Positions 35,208 through 41,074 of a stretch of DNA of 41,074 nt are shown piece by piece; position 1 is the first letter of the stretch, and each line of letters begins with the position of its first letter. A program made the position numbers and the translations under genes. The stretch covers positions 1 to 41,074 of the forward strand of contig CAINWR010000027.1 of NCBI GenBank assembly GCA_903854535.1, given 5' to 3'. This stretch comes from Candidatus Staskawiczbacteria bacterium. Lineage in GTDB: Bacteria; Patescibacteriota; Minisyncoccia; Minisyncoccales; Staskawiczbacteraceae. A model generated the notes under the pieces. That model saw only the letters and a program-made list of their open reading frames with translations. It had not been told where the DNA came from and did no database searches.

Positions 35208-35930
35208 ATGATAATAGCTGGGTTGCAAAAAACAACATTAATAGATTATCCGGGCAAGATTGCTTGTATTGTTTTTTTGGCTGGATGTAATTTTAGATGT
35301 CCTTGGTGTTATTCTGCAGAATTAGTTTTGCCAGGAAAAATTATAAAACAGCCAAGAATCTCAGAAAAAGAAATTTTTGATTTTTTAAAAACTAGAAAAG
35401 GACTTTTGGAGGGGGTTGTTTTATGTGGGGGAGAGCCAACAATAAATAAAGATTTGCCAAAGTTTATAAAAAAAATAAAAAATATGGGTTTTGCAGTTAA
35501 GCTTGATACAAATGGATCAAATCCTAAAATGCTTCAAGAATTAATTGATGCAAAATTAATAGATTATGTGGCAATGGATATTAAGACTTCGCAAAAGTCA
35601 AAAGTCAAAAGTCAAAAGTTTAATTATGAAGATTTATTTATTGATGGTGTAGGCATGAAAGACATAGAAAGGTCTGTAGAGATTTTGAAGAAAGGCTTAA
35701 TTGACTGGGAATTTAGAACAACTGTAGTGCCTAGCGTACATACAAAAGAAGATTTTTTACAGATTGCTAATTGGATAGGCGGGCCTAGTGTAAAATATTA
35801 TTTACAGAATTTTGTAGCTCAAAAAACAATTGATCCGGATTTTGAGAAAATAAAGTCATATAACAAAGATTGGTTAGAAGAAGTTGCTAAAGAAATTTCT
35901 CCTTATTTTAAAGAATGTAAAGTCAGGTAA
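35208..35930 (+). CDS. nrdG: Anaerobic RNR activating radical-SAM enzyme
   Basis: TLIDYPGK, GCNFRCPWC, GGEPT, KLDTNGS, EFRTT; downstream of nrdD. Confidence 0.92.
   Translation: MIIAGLQKTTLIDYPGKIACIVFLAGCNFRCPWCYSAELVLPGKIIKQPRISEKEIFDFLKTRKGLLEGVVLCGGEPTINKDLPKFIKKIKNMGFAVKLDTNGSNPKMLQELIDAKLIDYVAMDIKTSQKSKVKSQKFNYEDLFIDGVGMKDIERSVEILKKGLIDWEFRTTVVPSVHTKEDFLQIANWIGGPSVKYYLQNFVAQKTIDPDFEKIKSYNKDWLEEVAKEISPYFKECKVR
35592..35619. repeat. Perfect heptamer array (CAAAAGT)x4 inside nrdG
   Basis: Read as QKSKVKSQK. Confidence 0.85.
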
Positions 35931-35989
35931 ATTTTTATAAAAGAAAAGTCGCTTTTTGGGCGACTATATATTACTTAAAGGCTAAGCTG

Positions 35990-36268
35990 TTAGATATCTT
36001 TTTCTGCAAAAGATATTTTACAGCCATAATCTTCTACAAACTCTTGTAGAGCAGAGTCGAGCTCTTTGTTGAGCTTCTCATTGCGATCTATCCATTTAAA
36101 GCAAATTAAATTGCCTTTTTTGGAGCAACAGGTTCCTGCAACAAATTGTATAATTCTTTCTATTACAGGTTGAGCTAATTGCTTAATATCATCAGCCATT
36201 TGCATGGTGATGATTACAAATTTGCCCAATCCTTCTTCCATGTAACAAGGGTTATTAGTTGTCATCAT
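35990..36268 (-). CDS. Hypothetical protein (ORFan)
   Basis: MMTTNNPC...; extended -10 TGgTATGAT near 36312-36320; agtcgc/gcgact hairpin at 35947-35965. Confidence 0.55.
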   Translation of the reverse strand: MMTTNNPCYMEEGLGKFVIITMQMADDIKQLAQPVIERIIQFVAGTCCSKKGNLICFKWIDRNEKLNKELDSALQEFVEDYGCKISFAEKDI

Positions 36269-36338
36269 AGTTTTGCCTTTGCAAAAGAGTGAATGTGCTA
36301 GCACCTATTTAATCATACCAAAAAATAGGAAAAATAAA

Positions 36339-37865
36339 ATGACTTCATCGAAAATATTATTTTTAATTGGCATTTCTTTTATTGGAGGAGTGTTTTTAAG
36401 TTCAATTTTTGCAATACCTCAAATAATTATTTGGGCTTTTTTATTGATAGGAATTTTGTTAATTATTTTTTCTTTTTATAAAAAGATATTTATAATTTTG
36501 GGATTTTGTTTATTAATATTTTGCTTGGGTATTTTAAGATATCAAATATCTATATTTAATATAGAAAATAATGATTTAATCCAGTTAAATGATAAGCAAG
36601 ATGAAATAACTTTAAATGGGACAGTAGTTAAAGAACCAGATAATAGAGATAAAGTTCAGAGATTAAAAGTAAAAGTTGATAATTTTGGTGGCTTAGTTTT
36701 AATAACAAAAAATAGATATCCAGAATATAATTATTTAGATAAAATTGAAATTACAGGTAAGCTTAAAACACCAGCTGATTTTGGAGATTTTAATTATAAA
36801 AATTATTTATTAAAAGATGGAGTTTATTCTGTGATGGATTTTCCCAAGACAGAACTAATTTCTAGATTCGCTTCAAGTAGCTTTGGCCAATTAGGGTTTG
36901 AAAAAGTTTTATTTGTAAAACAAAAATTACGAGAATCTATAAGGCAAATATATTTACCTCCAGAAAGTTTGGTTATAGAAGGCACAATTTTGGGTGATTC
37001 TAGTGCTTTGACTCAAGAACTAAAAGATCAATTAAATATCACAGGACTTCGTCATATTATAGCAGTGTCTGGAACTCATATAATTATTTTATCTTCTATA
37101 TTGATGTATTTGTTTTTATTTTTGGGGTTTTGGAGGGGGCAAGCTTTTTATGGATCTATTGCATTTATTTGGCTTTATATATTACTTACTGGGCTTCCAG
37201 CTTCAGGGATTAGAGCTGGAATTATGGCAACTTTGTTTTTATTTGCTCAGAAAATAGGCAGAAATGCTGGAGGAGAAAGAATAATAGTAATGTCCTGTGC
37301 TTTAATGCTTTTAATAAATCCTTTGCTTTTATTTTATGATATTGGTTTTCAATTATCATTTTTAGCTGTTTTGGGTTTAATTTATTTACAAAAACCAATT
37401 AATGAATTTTTAAAATTTATAGTAAGTTTTATAAAAAATAAAATAAATAAAGCAAAAAAACCTCAAAAAGAAAATGAGAAATTAGATAGTATTTTTAATA
37501 TGGTTTCTGCCACATTATCAGCTCAGATTTTTACAATTCCAATTATGCTGTATAATTTTGGCAATATTTCCTTTATAGCCCCTATAACAAATATTTTGGT
37601 TTTACCTATAGTAGAATATTTAATGATTTTTGGATTTTTATCTTCAATAATTGGCATATTTTCAGAATTTTTGGGATTTATAATTTCAATTCCTAGTTAT
37701 TTTTTAATTATTTATTTTTTAAAAATTTTAGAAATATTTTCGCAAGCTTGGGCAATGAAAGTTTTTGAAAATGTGCATTGGATTTGGCTTATAATTTTAT
37801 ATTTGATTATTATAATTTTTGTAGCTTGGGTAAAAAAGAAAGAAAGAGAAAATAGATTTTATTAA
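36339..37865 (+). CDS. comEC: ComEC/Rec2 competence membrane protein (no metallo-beta-lactamase domain)
   Basis: DUF4131-like N-terminus, TGLRHIIAVSGTH, SGIRA, NPLLL..IGFQLSF, NILVLP. Confidence 0.92.
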   Translation: MTSSKILFLIGISFIGGVFLSSIFAIPQIIIWAFLLIGILLIIFSFYKKIFIILGFCLLIFCLGILRYQISIFNIENNDLIQLNDKQDEITLNGTVVKEPDNRDKVQRLKVKVDNFGGLVLITKNRYPEYNYLDKIEITGKLKTPADFGDFNYKNYLLKDGVYSVMDFPKTELISRFASSSFGQLGFEKVLFVKQKLRESIRQIYLPPESLVIEGTILGDSSALTQELKDQLNITGLRHIIAVSGTHIIILSSILMYLFLFLGFWRGQAFYGSIAFIWLYILLTGLPASGIRAGIMATLFLFAQKIGRNAGGERIIVMSCALMLLINPLLLFYDIGFQLSFLAVLGLIYLQKPINEFLKFIVSFIKNKINKAKKPQKENEKLDSIFNMVSATLSAQIFTIPIMLYNFGNISFIAPITNILVLPIVEYLMIFGFLSSIIGIFSEFLGFIISIPSYFLIIYFLKILEIFSQAWAMKVFENVHWIWLIILYLIIIIFVAWVKKKERENRFY

Positions 37866-37941
37866 ATAAAAAAGCCCCGACTCGCACATGGCGTGCCGGT
37901 GGCTTGGTTTGCATCTTGGTGACAGATTGTCTCCGCAACGC

Positions 37942-38538
37942 CTAGTCGATTTTGACCACTTCTGGGTTAGGGTTGACTAGACCCTTCTCCTTGTCCGTGA
38001 AGCTGAAATACAACATCACGAGTTCCAGCTCCGGAGTTCTCTTGGCAAAGAACTCTTTGATCGCAGGAAAATCCTTTTTCCCTTGGTGCGGGTCTGTGAA
38101 TCCGTAGTGCTTGATGCAAGCACAATCCTCGTGCTCTGCAACAATAACCATTGTCATTGATGGGGCGGGGTGCTCCAAGATAATGTCTAGGTCGGTTTTT
38201 TCCGCTAGACACTTGCAGTCCATCAGAACTGGGTTTGCCAAGGGATCTGGCCCACCCGGAACGACGATCGGGAAGCACTCTTCCTCCATGAGCCCGTAGC
38301 GTTCCCTGATTTTCTTATACATACACAGGCGCGGGTCGGAGCAGCACACAACGATCGCCCTGACCTTTGGGGATTCGGTTTGTTGTTGCTCTTGAGAGCT
38401 GACTTTCTGGCTCGAGTTTGTCCCAATTGCAATCAGCCAAAATGTTGCTGCGACAATTGCAAGCGCTTGAACCGCATGTAAGATACTTCCCCAGGCTGTT
38501 GGCTCCGGGCCAATTACTAACCTTACCAATTTCTTCAT
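37942..38538 (-). CDS. Membrane-anchored beta-carbonic-anhydrase-like protein
   Basis: TM then CCSDPR, VPGG, HEDC (CxD...HxxC Zn ligands); AGGAG before ATG at 38538. Confidence 0.65.
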   Translation of the reverse strand: MKKLVRLVIGPEPTAWGSILHAVQALAIVAATFWLIAIGTNSSQKVSSQEQQQTESPKVRAIVVCCSDPRLCMYKKIRERYGLMEEECFPIVVPGGPDPLANPVLMDCKCLAEKTDLDIILEHPAPSMTMVIVAEHEDCACIKHYGFTDPHQGKKDFPAIKEFFAKRTPELELVMLYFSFTDKEKGLVNPNPEVVKID

Positions 38539-38575
38539 CAATCTTCTCCTTCTTGTGAAATTGACCAAACAATGC

Positions 38576-39028
38576 CTAAGTCCACACAATGCCGTTAGCA
38601 AAAAGTTGCTCGAAGGTTTTGTCTTCCCGGAGAAAGTGCGCCGACACTGGTCTGCCGGGAAACATTTCTTCAATGTTCTTTGCAGCAATTACCGTGTCGT
38701 CCATTTTCTCTTGCAAACTGAAATCACATCCCTTGAATCTGGGGAACCTTCCGAGCATTTTGTAAATTCCGCAATCATGTCCAATTATTCGAAAGTTAGG
38801 CTGTGCGAAATTGTCTAATGCAAAGAGAGTGTCTTCCATGATGGCAGCAACTTTCATTGAGAAATACAATGGCCTCGCCAAGGCCGGCACGGTGCCAAAT
38901 AGTCCGATAGGAGCCACAAGTTTGCCTTCTGGCACCAGCAAACGCTTGGCGTATTTCCAAGTGTTAGCTTTTTCGGCGCGCGGATCTGCACACAAAAAAA
39001 AGATGCCGTCTGCTTGTTCGCTTTTCAT
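38576..39028 (-). CDS. Beta-carbonic-anhydrase-like protein (divergent)
   Basis: LCADPR ... GHDCGIY; AAGGAG upstream. Confidence 0.6.
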   Translation of the reverse strand: MKSEQADGIFFLCADPRAEKANTWKYAKRLLVPEGKLVAPIGLFGTVPALARPLYFSMKVAAIMEDTLFALDNFAQPNFRIIGHDCGIYKMLGRFPRFKGCDFSLQEKMDDTVIAAKNIEEMFPGRPVSAHFLREDKTFEQLFANGIVWT

Positions 39029-39262
39029 TGGTAACTCCTTGTCAAAGAACGATTTTTGTTAGTCAAACGACTTGACTGTAACAGATAAACATTATCATAA
39101 ATTTTGTCAAATTTCAATGGTGTAACATAATTTTGGGGGTTTTGCACAGCTATTGACTTTAGGCAAGAAAAAAAATAGAATTAGACAATATCAGATAAGA
39201 TATTTTAAGAAAATTTAAAGAAATTGTTGCTAGAAATAGTATTAAATATATATAAACCTAAA

Positions 39263-39739
39263 ATGGATACAAAAAACTTTTTTCTAACAAAGTCAAAATT
39301 AAAAGAACTTAAAAAAGAGTATGAAGAATTGATTGTTCTAGAAAAGCAAAAATCAAGTGAAGGTGAAGCTCCTAAAATTTTTGAATCTGAAGATTTAAAC
39401 CCTGATTTTGTAAATTTTCAAGATGATTTAAATTTCTTAAGATCTAGAATTGATGATTTAAAAAACGTATTTGAGAACCATATATTAATTAAAAATCCTC
39501 CAAAAGATAAGAAAAATGTAATTGATTTAGGGGCTAAGGTTAAGATTGATATTGATGGGCAAAAAGATGAATTTATGATTGTAGGTACTTTGGAAGCAAA
39601 TCCAATGCTTGGCAAAATTAGTAATGAATCTCCTGTGGGAGCTGCTTTAATAGGTCATAAAGTTGGAGATGAGATAATAGTGCCATCTCCTGTAAAAACA
39701 ATTTATAAAATAAAAAGCATTAAATACGAAATAAGCTAG
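39263..39739 (+). CDS. GreA/GreB-family transcription elongation factor (atypical tip)
   Basis: FLTK..LKELKKEYEEL, IVGTLEANP..GKISNESPVGAALIGHKVGD. Confidence 0.85.
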   Translation: MDTKNFFLTKSKLKELKKEYEELIVLEKQKSSEGEAPKIFESEDLNPDFVNFQDDLNFLRSRIDDLKNVFENHILIKNPPKDKKNVIDLGAKVKIDIDGQKDEFMIVGTLEANPMLGKISNESPVGAALIGHKVGDEIIVPSPVKTIYKIKSIKYEIS

Positions 39740-39752
39740 TCTTATTAAATTT

Positions 39753-40391
39753 ATGACAAATGTTTTAAAGTTTTTAAATCAAGTTACTAAGCTTAAAGAA
39801 ACTCCAAGGCAAGGTTGGGTTTTGCGTGGAATTAAAAACCCAGAAAGTATCGCAGATCATAGTTTTAGAGTAGCTTTGATGGCTTGGGTGTTAGGTAAAC
39901 AAAAAAATAATCTTAATCTTGAGAAAATTATTAAAATGGCTTTAGCTCATGATTTGTGTGAAGTATATGCTGGAGATATTACTCCTTATGATACAATATT
40001 GCCCAAAGATCCTAAGAAGAGAAAAGAAATGCTCAAAACTTGGCCTAAATTTACAGAATCTCAAAAAAAGAAAATATCTGAAAAAAAATATATTAAAGAA
40101 AAGCAAGGCTTAGAAAAATTAATAAAGGATTTGCCTGCAAACTTAAGTAAAGAGATAAAAGCTTTGTGGCAAGATTATGAAAAAAGATTAAGTCCAGAAA
40201 GTAGATTTTTAAGACAAATAGATAGAGCAGAAAATTTATTACAATCTTTGGAATACTGGCAAAAAAATAAAAATTTACCTCAAAAAGCATGGTGGGTTCA
40301 GGCAAATCAACTTTTTGATGATAAAACAATAATTGATTTTGTAGAACATATGGATAAAGAATTTTACAAAACTCATAAACCAAAACATTAA
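39753..40391 (+). CDS. HD-domain 5'-deoxynucleotidase-like protein (HDDC2/YfbR-like)
   Basis: LKETPRQGW, ESIADHSFR, AHDLCEVYAGDITP, IDRAE. Confidence 0.88.
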   Translation: MTNVLKFLNQVTKLKETPRQGWVLRGIKNPESIADHSFRVALMAWVLGKQKNNLNLEKIIKMALAHDLCEVYAGDITPYDTILPKDPKKRKEMLKTWPKFTESQKKKISEKKYIKEKQGLEKLIKDLPANLSKEIKALWQDYEKRLSPESRFLRQIDRAENLLQSLEYWQKNKNLPQKAWWVQANQLFDDKTIIDFVEHMDKEFYKTHKPKH

Positions 40392-40510
40392 AAAATAATT
40401 TTAGAAAATCTCTGTAAAAGGAGATTTTTTATTTACATGTTTAAAAATTTCTGATAGTATCTATTTGTCAGTTTGTTGTTCTTTCGAGACTTTATTGTGG
40501 AGAACCTAAG

Positions 40511-40813
40511 ATGGCCAAGAGTAATTTCATTAAATTGGGCAAGGGTAGGTGGGTTAGTGTTTGGATTAGTTCTGTTGGTAAAGACCCTTTACAAGAAATT
40601 GCAAGAGAAACAGGTAGTGTGATCGGATCTAAGGTAAGGTGCTTTTATTGCGACAATAGAAGCGGAAGCGGTTTTGATTTTTTCTGGAGGAAAGATCTTA
40701 ATCCACATGCTGTAGCTGGAGCATTAAACAAGCTAGCTAATATTCTTAAAGCTAAAATTTCATTTGATGATTGCATTGGAGTAATGGGCCACAGAATTGT
40801 AGGGATCAGCTGA
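40511..40813 (+). CDS. Hypothetical protein (ORFan)
   Basis: GGAG upstream; promoter TTTACA(40432-37)-17 bp-TAGTAT. Confidence 0.6.
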   Translation: MAKSNFIKLGKGRWVSVWISSVGKDPLQEIARETGSVIGSKVRCFYCDNRSGSGFDFFWRKDLNPHAVAGALNKLANILKAKISFDDCIGVMGHRIVGIS

Positions 40814-40833
40814 TATTTTAAGGAGTATAGGTT

Positions 40834-41001
40834 ATGGCAGATAAACTAAAAGAAATTGTGATGGAAGCAGATGAAGTCAATGTAATTTTGCGCTTATTGG
40901 AGATTGCACTGATTACGCAGAATTTGAAAGGATTATTCAGTGGAAATGAAAAACAATCTATGAGAAAGGCTTATAAGAAAATTTCTGGCAATGATATTTG
41001 A
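40834..41001 (+). CDS. Small hypothetical protein, 55 aa, not in the ORF track
   Basis: AAGGAG at 40820-25; MADKLKEIVMEADEVNVILRLLEIALITQNLKGLFSGNEKQSMRKAYKKISGNDI. Confidence 0.6.
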   Translation: MADKLKEIVMEADEVNVILRLLEIALITQNLKGLFSGNEKQSMRKAYKKISGNDI

Positions 41002-41027
41002 TATTGTTGTCAGTTTAAAACTCGCTT

Positions 41028-41050
41028 GAGCTGGGCAACCAGCTCTTTTT
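41028..41050 (+). terminator. Intrinsic terminator
   Basis: gagctgg-GCAA-ccagctc followed by T5. Confidence 0.85.
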
Positions 41051-41074
41051 GTTTGCAAAAAGTTTAATTTTAAT

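Noticed and set aside
36273-39262. Longest-ORF starts for comEC (36273), the CA-like gene (38688) and the Gre factor (39224); likewise rplY (8546) and 13678
   Set aside because: Extensions overlap neighbours or promoters; downstream starts fit family N-termini or SD positions better.
3094-40383. Many 60-140 aa antisense or alternate-frame ORFs inside long genes (e.g. 6790-7146, 9456-9848, 15600-16025, 24241-24549)
   Set aside because: Shadow frames of well-supported genes with no motifs of their own.

Overview
AT-rich bacterial chromosome segment with the standard genetic code. Gene style and content suggest a CPR/Patescibacteria (Parcubacteria-like) genome, which is inference only. The left end is a defence/accessory block: the C-terminal part of a type III restriction Res subunit, a secreted lipase-like protein and an AbiEi/AbiEii pair. 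Housekeeping genes follow (rplY, ferredoxin, PfkB kinase, ppsA, arsM, tig, clpP, rny, a MacAB-like ABC exporter, tRNA-Pro/tRNA-Gly, nrdD/nrdG, comEC, a Gre factor, an HD nucleotidase), interrupted by small self-contained ORFan cassettes. The most interesting signals are non-coding. (1) An antitoxin-less MazF/PemK gene is faced by a consensus promoter predicted to drive a ~70-nt three-hairpin antisense RNA. (2) A four-helix-bundle (IVS-protein family) + kinase cassette sits inside an operon, bracketed by inverted octamer arrays, and similar 7/8-mer arrays recur between and inside genes. (3) Short palindromic repeats are inserted in frame into unrelated proteins. (4) A tRNA-3'-end-like element occurs both after tRNA-Gly and at the edge of the defence block. 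(5) A rod-like ncRNA candidate lies between clpP and rny. No CRISPR array, rRNA, integrase, transposase or reverse transcriptase was seen. No searches were run; family calls rest on motifs read by eye.
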